Of a stretch of DNA of 64,000 nucleotides, positions 42,250 to 55,906 are shown in pieces; position 1 is the first letter of the stretch; the number at the start of each line of letters is the position of its first letter. The notes beneath the pieces are model-generated. The model was not told where the DNA came from. It did not search any database and worked only from the letters and a program-made list of their open reading frames with translations. Source of the DNA: Octopus vulgaris. Taxonomy: Eukaryota. Made by a program: the position numbers and the translations under genes. The stretch covers positions 66,712,001-66,776,000 of the forward strand of contig OX597826.1 in NCBI GenBank assembly GCA_951406725.2, read 5' to 3'.

Positions 42250-43200
42250 TTCAGTTCTGCTAGAGACCTTCACTGTTTTGCACAAACGTGGTAACCATGG
42301 CTCTATCTTGCAGGTTTTCAGGAAGCTCGCCTCCCACGCTGACATAAGCCTTCATTCCATCATGGAAATTTTCAGTGACTGATTCCAATGCCGCTTGACT
42401 GGCACCCGTTCTGGTGGTATGTAATATGCACCATTCAAGCATGGGTCGATGCCAGTAGCGCCCGAATGGCTCCCCGTGCCAGTGGGACGTGAAAAGCAGT
42501 TAGAACGTGGTCGATGCCAGTTCCCCCCGACTGGCTCCTTCGCCGGTGGCACGTAAAAAAAACACCATCCGAACGTAGTCGATGCCAATGCTGCCTGACT
42601 GCCTCCCATGTCGATGGCACCTAAAAAGCACCCACTGCACTCTCGGAGTGGTTGGCGTTGGGAAAAAGCATCCCAATCAGATTGGAGCCTGGTGCAAATC
42701 ACTGGTTTGCTACTCCTCTGTCAAACCGTCCAACCCATGCTGGCATGGAAAGCGGACGTTAAACAATGATGATGATGATGATAATGTTTTGCCTTTATTG
42801 GTACATAACAGAGTTTTTAGCAGAGATGTTTAAAATCAAGCGATGCCTGTTCCAGAACCCTTTTAAAGTGGGGAAACATTTTGCAATGGGCTAAACCCAT
42901 TCTCTAAACAACGTATCCCTTTCCTCCAAGGAAAGAATAGTCTACATCATTGGATGCAAACGAATTTGGAAATGTTACATCCTCTTTTCCTTCTGCTATC
43001 GAACCTTTTTAAGGAACGACCAGGGGTTCGTCACTCCCAGCTGTTGGACGATCATTGAGTCTGTTGAGTTGATCCGCCTTGTGACAAGGTTTGTGCTTTA
43101 GGTTCTGCCAATTGACCAGCGAAAGTCATCCTTTTTACCAAGCAGGCTTGATAGCATTGCCGATTTAGTCGACGTCAGTTTGACCATGAGACAGGTTGTA
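42250..43200 (-). mobile_element. Degraded RTE-clade RT fragment interrupted by a + strand element
   Basis: ENFHDGMKAYVSVGGELPE matches the RTE RT motif FHDGM.A.V..G.LSE.F; apparent continuation beyond 42785. Confidence 0.55.
42381..42785 (+). mobile_element. RTE-type retroposon 3' end with four ~64-bp tandem units and a (GAT)n tail
   Basis: Units gatgcca.tgc.gcc.gactggctcc..tgccggtggcacgtaaaaagcacc; end cccatgctggcatggaaagcggacgttaaacaatgatgatg. Confidence 0.75.
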
Positions 43201-44068
43201 CTGGACTACATGATACCTCCATCACGCACACACACACACACACATACACACACATACACGCATGACCCCCCCTCACACACAGGCACAAGCGCTGGTGTTT
43301 GTAACGCTCGCTTCTTAGTTTAAGGCTTCTAATATGGATTTCGTATTTGTGAAATTGTCAGTACAACTATAAGGGTTTACTAGCGAATAAGGTTTACGAT
43401 TTCTACTTTTTGTTCTTTTTCTTGCTGCTTGTTGTTGCTGTAGGTCAGGCCGGTTTCTAATATCACTTTTCTCTTCTACTTAGAAATTTATATATCTAGA
43501 AATAAAATACATATTTCACTGGACAATTACATACATCAACTCACGCGCACGCCCAAAGCAAAAGCGCATCGCCATCTTCATACACAGCGCCCTCCACACA
43601 CACATACATACATTATATAAGTCTGCAAATTTCTACCTGTTGTCTGCGATCATACTGGAGTACCCATTTTACTTTTCCTCCAATAATTTTTTTTTGTATT
43701 ATAGGGAGTGTTCATTATATATGTATAATTCTTTTCACATTGTCTTCAGTTCTGCTATGAAGTATGTCTGAACTTTCGTTAAGATATTGGCCACTTCTCT
43801 CTCTGTGGAGGTCTTTTAATGATTACTTCTACAATGTCTTGAAGCTTTTGAAGTCATCTACAAAGTCATATAAAATGGAAAAGCTGTGCTTTGATTTCCT
43901 ATATACATACATACATATATACATACATACATACATACAACATTCACACATACGCACACACACGCATATATATATACATATATGTACACACATATATATT
44001 TCTATACATATATATGAGTATGTATATTTATGTATACACTCACATATAACAATGTATATATACATGTA

Positions 44069-44156
<88 letters not shown>

Positions 44157-44683
44157 GGCACGTGTATATATGTATATATATATACACATATATCTATATC
44201 TATCTATCTATATCTATATCTCACTCACTCTCTCTCTATATGTATATATATATATACATACATACATCCACACATACATACATACATACATACATACATA
44301 CATACATAAATACATACATACATACATACATACATACATACATACATACATACATACATACATACATACGTATATGTGTGTGTGTATGTGCAGGTGTGTG
44401 GTACAGAACTGAAATAAATTTTAATGCTAAAAGTCAGTACTGTGGGTGAAATAAGAATGTAAATATATCCTTTGAATTTTATTGATCTGCGGAACAAAGG
44501 AGGAAGGAGTCACTTCAACATATGACTAATTGACTTCCTCGTTCTTTTTTCAACACATTATTAACGTAGGAAGCATGTGTTAACATTCTGATCTAAGCGC
44601 CATCCAGGCGTAATAGCAACAGTGATGATGTTGTTAATGATGACGACGACGACGACGATGATGATGATAATAATAATGATAGA

Positions 44684-44782
<99 letters not shown>

Positions 44783-44789
44783 CATAATA

Positions 44790-45240
44790 ATATCCGGTTT
44801 ATTAGCTGTTTTAATTGTCATGAGTATTCTTTGTGATCACAATATAGCAGCGAAAGTATTTGACAAGATCAGTAAATATTTCAAGACTTGCTAATAGAAA
44901 TTGAAAAAAATGTGGCATCTCAAGGCGACTACAGTACCAGTGATTGTAGGATCTCTAGAAATGATAAAAAAAACGGTACTGAAACCTATTTGAAAATGAT
45001 ATCAGGCTTACCATCCCTACAGGAAGTGCAAAAAATCGTGTTAACTGGAACGGCTCATGTACAGAGAAGAGCATTATCGCTGTGAAAACAACATCCATTC
45101 ATGAATTTATTTATTAATTTAAAAAAAAAATATTTTACCTGTGAATATGCGTGTGTATTCTGGGAATGCATACAATGAGCTTCTCTTCCCTAGGTATACG
45201 GAAAACACTCGGCGAGAAATAGAAGAAAATATGAAGAAAG
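44790..45240 (+). mobile_element. 5'-truncated R4/Dong-clade retrotransposon, family 3, after a long (TAA)n
   Basis: MSILCDHNIAAKVFDKISKY..DLLIEIEK.MWHLKATTVPVIVGSL...LQEVQKIVLTGTAHVQRRALSL* (stop 45083-45085), frameshifted; TAA-like tract at the 3' end. Confidence 0.85.
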
Positions 45241-45590
45241 AATAATAATGATAATGGTAATAATAGTAATGTAATATATCATCTTCTGATTACCTGAGCT
45301 ACTTCAAGTTTCATTCTCGAATAGTGCAGCAATGTGACAGGCTTGTTTAGCAATTGTTCAGTATCCTGCTGCATGGCTACTCCGCGCCATGATACTTGAA
45401 GCAGCTCATGTATCACCCCTGTATTCATTAAACAATATTTATTTGCCACTGAATTAAGTGGCTTTTTTAGTGATTCTATCGATAAGCGAACAGTGCATCA
45501 TACATACGTACGTACATACATAAATACATATGTACATACATACATACATGCATACATATATAGATGTGTATATATTTACATATATACATA

Positions 45591-45967
45591 GGCGCAGGAG
45601 TGGCTGTGTGGTAAGTAGCTTGCTTACCAACCACATGGTTCCGGGTTCAGTCCCACTGCGTGGCACCTTGGGCAAATGTCTTCTACTATAACCTCGGGGT
45701 GACCACAGCCTTGTGAGTGGATATGGTAGACAAAAACTGAAAGAAAGCCTATAAACACACACACACACACACACACGCATACACATACACACACACACAT
45801 ATATATATATACATGCATGTGTGTGTGTGTGATTTGACAACCGATGCTGGTAACTTAGTAACTTAGCGGTTCGGCAAAATAGACCGATATAATAAGTACA
45901 AGGCTGACAAAGAACTAAAGTCGGTGGCCGCAGTCAAATGACTGAAATAAGTAAAAGAGTAAAAGAG
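45591..45967 (+). mobile_element. SINE family C with internal (CA)n(TA)n(TG)n
   Basis: Head ggcgcaggagtggctgtgtggtaag, tail gtaaaagagtaaaagag. Confidence 0.9.
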
Positions 45968-45974
45968 ATATACA

Positions 45975-46072
<98 letters not shown>

Positions 46073-46677
46073 CCTGGTTACTAGGGATAAGATAATCTAG
46101 GCGTTTCCTTCAGGTAACACTCATACAGAACACATCTATCTGAAAATTACAAAAGGAGAATGCCCTCGGTGGGAACCGATATGTTGAATAAACCAAAAAT
46201 CCGTAAGCCGCATTCCGACCAAGCGAATGAATAACAAAACATAGAAGATTAGAGCTCACAGCTTTGCTTTTATTTCATAGTTGACATATGTTCTCTCACC
46301 GGTTTCACGCGTTAGACAGTAGTCATAATGGGTTTGTCTTCAAGAGTTTTGTTAATTTGTGTCGATCGCAGTATTCATAGGTTCCGCTATTTATTTTAAC
46401 GGCTGGTGTTTGTTGATCTGTTAGGTGATAAAGCATAAGCTGTTGCATTTACAAAATAGGATTTTTAGACTGCTGTTTAAAGGTATACAAGCGTATGGAT
46501 ATAGACGTGCGCGCACAAATATACGCCCATACACTGACGTACGCGCTCATGCACACACAGACGTGCACACAGACACAGAAACAGACATAGACACACACAC
46601 ACAAATTTACACGCAAATGCAAATTCATATATAAAAGTATGTATATGTATGTGTGAGTACGTGCATATGTATATACG

Positions 46678-46708
<31 letters not shown>

Positions 46709-48355
46709 TCACGTACACATATATAATAGCTCATTTTAATGTTCAGTTTTCCCATGTATACTTGTGTTTATATGCACACATTCGTGTATATTTTATGTGT
46801 GTATATATATATATATATACACATACATACATATATATACACACATACATATATGTACATATATATACACACATACATTTTACCTATGCATGTATGTGTG
46901 CATATGTGTGTTTATATAAACACACACATGCGCACACACACTCACACACACACACATATATATATACCCACACATATCTGTGTATATATATTATATATAT
47001 TTTCATCTTTACATTCATTATGCCAATAGTTTCATTTCGCTTCTCATGTGAAGCTGATTGTGGCCAATTATCTTTGGTCAGTCACAATTAATCGCAATTA
47101 GCTACTACTTTCATCTACACTCTCCCCCAGCGCCCCCTCCTACTTATGCTCACCAACACCACCGGGATTAATAAAAACAACAACGCCACCATTAATGTGA
47201 CGACGACGACCACTACCACCACCACTGCCGCCGTCACCATCTAGCATGTGCCGCCATCTATCATTCCAACCACTGTGCCATTTGTCACCATCACAACCAC
47301 ATAATAACCACCACCACCACCACCACAACAACAACAACAACACTATCGCCATCGCCGTCGCTCTCAGAAACTACCACAATCGACAGCAGCAGCAACTGCG
47401 CGTGCAGCAGGATCAGCAGTAGGATCAGCAGCAGCACTACAACCGTAACAGTACCACCCACCACCACCACCACTCCAGCGCCGCCGCCGCCACTAACATC
47501 ATCTTCATAGTCATTGTCATCATTCATTTCTCTCTTTTTCCTCCTCTCCTCCTCCTCTCCTCTCCTCCCCTCCTCTCCTCCTCCTTTTATCCCCCTTCTC
47601 CTTCTATCCTCCTCCTCCCCTCTATCCTCCACATCCTTCTATCCTCCTCCTCGCTTCCTCACCCTCCTCCTCGCCCTTCCTTCCTCCTCGCCCTTCCTTC
47701 CTCCTCCTCGCCTCTCCCTTCCTCCTCCTCGCCTCTCCCTTCCTCCTCTTCTCCCTCACCTCCCCTCCCTTCTTAAACTCCTCTTCCTCCTCCTCCCCTC
47801 CCCTCCCCTCCCCCTCCTCTTCATCATTAGCCGCACTAGTAGCAGTAGCCATGAATAGTTTACACGTACACGCGCGCGCGCATAGCTTGCTTTGCTAATG
47901 ACCAATTCACCACATTCATCCGTACAAAATACTGCCATATAATTATGTATAGACATGTGGATCTTCACTTGGCACCTAATTACCACAACGTGGACTCTAA
48001 ACCCCCACATGGCACTTATTTACAACAATGTGAAATGTACTATACAACCCCATGGTACCTATATAAAAATAAGTGGATTGTAACGCAGCTATTCACAGTT
48101 AGATGGACTGTACTTCCACATGGAACCTATTTGCAGCAAGGTTACTCTAGAGTACCGCTACAAAGTACCTATTCACAGCTAAGCAGAATGCATGTTACGT
48201 CCACATGGAGCCAGTAGGCATATGGACCGTGCCTCCATATGGTGCCTACTTAGAGCTAAGAGGAGAGTATCGTAGCTGTACTTACTTAAATGATTTACTT
48301 AAAATTTCCTTCCATGTGGTTCATAGGCCATCAACGACTTTTGTCATGTTTGCAA

Positions 48356-48762
48356 CTCTGGGCTATCTTCGACTCTGGGCTGCCATCGACTCTTGGGCTG
48401 TCCTCAACATTAGGCTGCTCTCAACACTGGTCTGTCCTCGACTCTGCGCTGTCTTCGACTCTTGGATGTCTTCTACTCTGGGATGTTTTCTACTCTGGGC
48501 TGTCTTCGATCTGGGCTGTCTTCGACTCTGGGCTGTTTTCGACTCTGGGATGTTCTCAACTCTGGGCTGATCTCGATTCTGGACTCTCTTCGACTCTGGG
48601 CTGCCTTCGATTCTAGGCTGCCTTCGACTCTGGGATGTTTTCTACTCTGGGATGTCTTCTACTCTGGTATATCTTGGACTCTGGGCTATCTTCGATTCTG
48701 GAATATTCTCGACTCTGGGCTGTCCTCTATTCAAGACTGTCTTCGACATTGGGCTGTCTCTC
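48356..48762. repeat. 17-bp minisatellite (ctctgggctgtcttcga), ~24 diverged copies
   Basis: Directly visible; produces the repetitive ORFs at 48205-48980. Confidence 0.95.
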
Positions 48763-49073
48763 CAGTTGGTACCCTGCTTTTACCATTAGGATTTTCTTGC
48801 ACCGCATCATATATCTCTCTGAATGAAGGCCTTCCCATACCAGGACTTGTTGGTTTTGATCGATGCTTCTGTAACTATATATTATTTCTAGACGTGGGGT
48901 GTTGGTCCAAACCTATTTTTACTTCTGGGAATGGTTGGCACATATCAGTTTTACCTCTTTCGTTGGTTTCTCCAACATAGAGTACCTGTCAGGAGCTTGT
49001 ACTCCGCTAGCATAACTCTCATAGTCATTGCGGCATAAAGCCACCACACTGCAACAATGGGTCTTGTCATGGG

Positions 49074-49136
49074 CATCGTACCTGTACCACGTACTTACAT
49101 CGTACCTGTACCACGTACTTACATCGTACCTGTACC
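49074..49136. repeat. Perfect 24-bp tandem repeat (catcgtacctgtaccacgtactta) x2.6
   Basis: Directly visible. Confidence 0.95.
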
Positions 49137-49320
49137 GCTTGGTGGGCTCCACATGGTACCTCATTACATTAATAAACTGCGGCACATCTCCACTGCTACT
49201 TACTTGGGGTCAGTTGAACCAGATCCTAACAAAGTCCATGCTTGAAATTTCAGTAGTAATACAAGTTGACACGTGGTTTCTGGTAACATGCATGCACAAT
49301 TTGGGATGGTATGATCCGCA

Positions 49321-49560
49321 GTGGAGGCGCGTGGCTTAGTAGTTAGGGAGTGTTGGACTCATGAGCGTAAGATTGTGGTTTCGATTCCTGGACAGGGCGA
49401 CGCGTTGTATTCTTGAGCAAAACACTTCATTTCACTTTGCTCCAAATCCACTCGGCTCGCAAAATGAGTAATCCTACGAAAGACCGGTTTCTGGTCCAGA
49501 TGGGGGAGTTTATACGCCATGGAAAGCGAGAAACCTACCTGGATTTGAAACGACTTCTAA
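49321..49560 (+). mobile_element. CORE-type SINE (tail X), diverged
   Basis: Homologous to the 41883 copy. Confidence 0.88.
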
Positions 49561-50244
49561 AGACATGCTTTAATGAATGTTAAGGGGTGCCTCACAATAA
49601 GTGACCATCCAGCACTCCGGATATCGACCCGGGATTTCTGAGAGCTCGCCTCCACATGGTACGCTTTTACAGCAAAGCAAACTGATTGTGGCGTTGCATA
49701 ATAACTATTACAACAAAGTGGATGATATAATAACTCCTTATAGTAACCATTTCCAACTGAACAGACTGCATCTCACTGTGGTACATCCACGTATTATCTA
49801 TTTAACAAGTAGGTGTAGCAGAATAAGTCATTCTTTTAATTTGCTCCATCTTACAATTGTAATTCAATAAGAACCTTTACGAATGTCGTTCGTTAGCTTG
49901 TGGAGGCCAAATAAGACGGGAACGTGCCCATCGTTATCATTGTACATACTGATGATTTCACTAACTTCATGCTACAAGTTTCTATTCAATTTTATAATAT
50001 TAAATTGGATTTCGTTATTTGGATTTTAGAATTGTCACTTTCTATGACAATTCGCGTTTGTGTATAAGTGTGCTTATAATAATATGTATGTATGCATGTA
50101 TGTATGTATGTATGTATGTATGTATGTATGTATGTATGTATGTATGTATGTATGTATGTATGTACGTATCTATCTCTCTATCTATCTGTCTGTTTGCCTG
50201 TAGTGTCAGTCCGTCCGTCTATCCATCTATCTATTTATTTATCC

Positions 50245-50298
<54 letters not shown>

Positions 50299-50375
50299 GA
50301 AAGGAGACAGAGCAACCGAGAAAGAGAAGCTGAAAGCTTAAAGAGATACATAAATATATACAAGCACATATCTAC

Positions 50376-50486
<111 letters not shown>

Positions 50487-50527
50487 CGTGCGTGTATGTA
50501 TATATGTATGTATGTATGCATGTATGC

Positions 50528-50575
<48 letters not shown>

Positions 50576-50599
50576 GTATATATATGTGTGTGTGTATGG

Positions 50600-50631
<32 letters not shown>

Positions 50632-50840
50632 GATATGATATATAATGCATAATATATGATTTATATGCATATCATCTTTGTGTATGTGTGTATACACACA
50701 GAAAGTCTGTGTGGGCACTCCTACGCACACATCATATTCTCAAGCATACACACTTTTATGAAATGATGGGGAGAAATAGATGCAATTGCTTACAAATAGA
50801 AATAATGCATCTTTTCAAGGAATTTGGTAAATAATCTACG

Positions 50841-50891
<51 letters not shown>

Positions 50892-50994
50892 GCACACACA
50901 CACATGCCGATATACACGCATGATCGCAGACAAATGTATCAATTTTGGATATAGTCGTATTTCTCTCTTTCACTTTCCCAATGCTCTTTCTTTA

Positions 50995-51114
<120 letters not shown>

Positions 51115-51344
51115 TGCGTGCGTGTGACCACTAGAAGCATGAAACTCATAAGGCTCATCTTAATTCATCTAATCGAGGCATTTATTCACGGAATACTCTC
51201 CAAATAATTAAACGCAATTAAGCAGTGTGCCTTTATATAATTCTATCTATCCATCTCTCTCTCCTCCCTCCTCTCTCTCTCTATTCTCTATATATCTATC
51301 TACCTATCTATCTATTTGTCTGTATGTATGTATGCCATTCTGTT

Positions 51345-51375
<31 letters not shown>

Positions 51376-51376
51376 A

Positions 51377-51480
<104 letters not shown>

Positions 51481-51723
51481 CAAATATATGTATCTACATA
51501 TGTATATATTTATGCATATCTATATATATAGACAAACACAGACACACAAACACATACATACATATACATCCATATATACATATATATATATATCAATTAA
51601 GAGAAAGAAAGACTTCCACATATGCACAAATTTTATATATGCCACAGCAACACTTCCACACACACATACATATACAACTACGTAGAGACACGCGTATATA
51701 TGTATGTGTGTGTGTGTGTATTT

Positions 51724-51764
<41 letters not shown>

Positions 51765-52518
51765 ATATATGTATATACACTCATACATACATGCATACAT
51801 ACATAAATATAAATATACATGTATATATGTTCATACATATAATACATTCATAGAGGCATGTATATCGATGCACATACAAGCAGGCATACATTTATAAGTA
51901 AAGGCAATAAAGTAGATAGAAAGCGTTAGGAGGAAGCAAGTAAAGAGGGAGGCAGAGGGTGAGAGAGAAAGAGAGAGAGAGATGTAATGATATACGCTCA
52001 TACATATCATTGTGTCCATAACATCGTGTTGTTAAAGCCACTAATTTTGGCAATCAACCAAAGATGAAGAGTGGAGAGGCAGCCATGATAGCCTCGTTCT
52101 GGAGCCAACTGGTAATTTTCGTCTGATGAAATTTTTTCATTGAAATATAATGGCAGCGTTCTCCAACATGCCTATTTGACCCCTGACTTGCGGAAACCAT
52201 GCAGTTGAGACGATAGACAGCCATATTATATATATATACATATATACAGAAAGAGAGAGAGAGAGAGATGAGGAAAAACAGTAAAAGAGAGAAAGAAAAA
52301 TAGTGAGGGTATGAAAGTGAATGAGAAGAAAGAGTTGGAGATAGAAAAAATGAGATGGATACATATACATAAAAACATACATACACATATATATGTGTGT
52401 GTATGTGTGAATATATATATATACATATATTAATACATATATATATATACACACAACATACACATCCGCAGATATTCCTACGTAGCACCCTTATATATTT
52501 CATATGTATATCTATATT

Positions 52519-52562
<44 letters not shown>

Positions 52563-52619
52563 TGTATATATATACGCATATACGCCCACACATAGACATA
52601 TGTGCGTATATATATACAT

Positions 52620-52656
<37 letters not shown>

Positions 52657-52798
52657 CATATAAAGAAAATGAGGGAGAGAGTGTGAGGTGGGAATTAGAT
52701 GGCAAATAAGGAAGGGTGGAAGAAGCGATGGAGAGATAGATATGTCGCGGAAATACTGAGAAAAAATGACGCTCACATATACACAGTTAAACAGCTAC

Positions 52799-52839
<41 letters not shown>

Positions 52840-53326
52840 GAGGGGGAAAAGAGGTATGGTAGCTGGAGTAGCAAAAGATTTTACACATTCAAAGTGAGAG
52901 ATATACAGCAAGATATCGAATTGATTAATTTATGTCAGAATTATCGTTTGAAATCAACAATATATGTGTACGAAATCTAACCGTGTCGTTCGCTTATTAT
53001 ATTGCATCAGAACACATCTCGCAAATCTGTTCAAGATGAGTTCAAGATGGAAATAAGCACTAGCAGCTTAGTATTGATGATGTGCACTCCAGCGTTTTGA
53101 TCGGGGCTGATGAGATTGTTGTTGCTATTGCTGTTATTGTTTAGCCCCAGATAAACCCTAGTCGTAGATAATTCGCTCACGGTGTCATACAGAAAGAATG
53201 AATTTTGCAATTTTGTGTTGTATTATATGTATTGGCCTGAGATTTTGGCTCGTAGCCAGTATTTTCTGGGGGATGGGGATTAGTCTATTACATCGACTCC
53301 ATTGCTCAACTGGTACTATTTTATCG

Positions 53327-53512
53327 GAGGACCTAGCCCGAATGCTAGCAACAGAGTAAACTCCGTTAAAAACACTCAGGGACCAGATTGTGGTGTTCAA
53401 CTGGGCGACGACTCAAATCTGCCACTATTTGTTTCGACAAAGAAACTTGATTAACATTACAAATTAAATGGATATATACAATTTTAATGTAGCAATGTTT
53501 TGCTGGACTACA
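53327..53512 (+). mobile_element. ~186-bp retroposon 3'UTR-like element ending in (TACA)n, copy 1
   Basis: Homologous to 54849-55034, including the identical block agattgtggtgttcaactgggcgacgactcaa. Confidence 0.75.
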
Positions 53513-53608
53513 GAATACATACATACATACATACATACATGCATACATACATACATACATACATACATACATACATACATACATACATACATACATACAT
53601 ACATACAT

Positions 53609-54150
53609 AACAGACTGTCCTGAAATAAACTTAGGAAATCCCTCTGTTATGGAATACATAAGCACCAACTCAAGGAATACTGATGGAATATTCCCATCAA
53701 AACTTCTATCAAATGTAAATATAACAGGCCGGATATTGATGTTTGGGACAGAAGGGCAAACATATGTACCAACATAGAGGTCATTTGCCCACCAGATACA
53801 AATATCTCTTGGAAATCAAAGAAAAGGAGGATATCTAAGGACAACTGCTTCGAAACCTCCAGCTTCAACGTCCAGACTATGAATTCATATTCATAACAAT
53901 AATGATTGGAGCGCTAGGTTTTGTTAATAAATGTTTAAAGGAGAATCTGGATAAACTGGGATTTTCAGAAAGAGAAATCGACCGCCTAATTCGTACATTA
54001 CAAGTCCAATCTGTGAGTGGAACAGTAAAAATATGCAAGACTTTTCTCAAGTTTCAATTGTGGATTTGCCTGTGTTAATTTCATCCCAAATATGGAGCAT
54101 TGTATCTTTATTGCAAACCGGCACATATGCACATACATAGGATGAAAGGC
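53609..54150 (+). mobile_element. 5'-truncated RLE-type (R4/Dong-related) retrotransposon following (TACA)n
   Basis: KEY*WNIPIKTSIKCKYNRPDIDVWDRRANICTNIEVICP...KEKED...MIGALGFV...SVSGTVKICKTFLKF, with stops and a frameshift. Confidence 0.8.
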
Positions 54151-54164
54151 ACATATACATACAC

Positions 54165-54303
54165 ACGACGGGCTTCAGCACAGTTTCCGTCTATCAGTGT
54201 CACTCACAAGGCTTTGGTCGGGCAGGTGTTAAAGAAGAAGTCACTCTCCGAAGGTGCTAGGTAGAGGAACTGAACTAAAAACCACGTGGTTGCAAATCGA
54301 ACT
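54165..54303 (-). mobile_element. SINE family C 5' half, diverged
   Basis: cgacgggcttc..cagtttccgtcta...cactcacaaggctttggtcgg. Confidence 0.75.
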
Positions 54304-54779
54304 TAAAATTCACCAGTAGCTTTCAGGTTGAGTGACAGGGATCCCTTTGTTGGTCTGAGTGTATATGTGACCAGCGACCACAACTGGGATGAGAGTTAAA
54401 TATTAAGGATTAAACACCAGGCACCAAAGATCATAGGTGAAGCTATTATGGATATAAATAGCGCACTTGTCACTGTCTGTCTATAGATCTAAACATGGCG
54501 TGCAGTGGTCACCATGCATTCCATAGAAGAGATTGAATTAGTATTATTCGTTTTCGAGCTAAAATTTTCATCTCATCTCTGCATGCGTAATTAATGAAAG
54601 TCCTGGAGGAGTTATCGTTCCTCAGCTTTGATCACATTTAATTAACAATAGTAATTAAATTGATTAATAAATGTCTGGCGCGTTAACAGTGTTTTTGTTT
54701 CAATAATATACTAAACTATACTGAATATATCAATAAATTTTTATCAATAGATTTCTATACAATTAGTGAAATTGAAAGA

Positions 54780-55034
54780 GAAGTAAACATAACACTTTAT
54801 GAAAGTTCGATTTATTAGTGAGAGAGCAGGATGAATGTATTCTCAAAAGAGGACTTGGCCCGAATGCTGGCAACAGAATAAACTACGTTAAGGATGCTCA
54901 GGAACAAGATTGTGGTGTTCAACTGGGCGACGACTCAAGTCTGCCACTATTTGCTTCGACAATGAAATATGGTTAACATTAAAAATTGAATTGATTTACA
55001 CAATTTTAATGTAGCAATGCTATGCTGTACTACA
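54780..55034 (+). mobile_element. Retroposon 3'UTR-like element ending in (TACA)n, copy 2
   Basis: See copy 1; upstream gtaaacataacactttatgaaagttc may be a decayed VKI.KTFMKF ORF end. Confidence 0.7.
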
Positions 55035-55211
55035 TACATACATAGGTACATACTTACATACATGCATACACACATACATACATACATACATACATACATA
55101 CATACATACATACATACATACATACATACACACACACTTATATACATACATACATACACACATACACACGAAAATACACACATACACACGAAAATATATA
55201 CATACATGCAT

Positions 55212-55271
<60 letters not shown>

Positions 55272-55286
55272 CTATATATACATATC

Positions 55287-55650
55287 AGGCGTTGCCGTGT
55301 AGTAAGAAGCTTGAAGGTGGCAAGCTGGCAGAAACGTTAGCACGCCGAGCGAAATGCTTAGCGGTATTTCGTCTGTCGTTACGTTCTGAGTTCAAATTCC
55401 GCCGAGGTCGACATTGCCTTTCATCCTTTCGGGGTCGATAAATTAAGTACCAGTAATTGACTTAATCCCTTTGTCTGTCCTTGTTTGTCCCTTCTATGTT
55501 TAGCCCCTTGTGGGCGATAAATAAATAAGAAATTTGCTTCCCAACCGCATGCTTCCGGGTTCAGTCTCACTGCGTGGGACCTTAGGCAAGCGTCATCTAC
55601 GATAGCCTTGATCTAACCAATTCCTTGTGAGTGGGTTTCGTAGACGAAAA
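55287..55650 (+). mobile_element. SINE family C 5' half with a SINE family A (55314-55530) nested in its head
   Basis: taagaagcttg / taagaaatttg brackets the inner SINE; the outer head resumes cttcccaaccgcatg. Confidence 0.85.
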
Positions 55651-55654
55651 GTGA

Positions 55655-55873
55655 TAGTCTGCAAATCTAACGGAGGCCTCAAAAGATATTTTAAAACCCA
55701 CAGGGATCAGAACTTATCTGCAGCTCTTGGTAGTCCAAATTGGATATGCAATCTATGTGGGTGTCTTTTCAGAACATTGTCTGGTTTAAAAAGCCACATC
55801 AGATGCCATGATGGTTCTAAGGTGTCGGTACAGGAGGTGGTCAAACTCTGAATAAGGATTAGACAACCACCAT
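55655..55873 (+). mobile_element. RTE-like LINE 3' end with C2H2 zinc fingers
   Basis: VCKSNGGLKRYFKTH ... CNLCGCLFRTLSGLKSHIRCH, then a short tail ending at (TA)n. Confidence 0.7.
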
Positions 55874-55906
55874 TATATATATATATATATATTATTATTA
55901 TTATTA

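Larger units (their letters stand above)
47955..49800 (+). repeat. Old degenerate ~38-45-bp tandem repeat with ccacatggtaccta core, interrupted by younger repeats and a SINE
   Basis: Core or variants at ~47965, 48005, 48048, 48116, 48201, 48235, 49149, 49652. Confidence 0.6.

Noticed and set aside
47955-48762. CRISPR-like repeat/spacer appearance
   Set aside because: Repeats are degenerate, spacers resemble each other, no cas genes, eukaryotic context.
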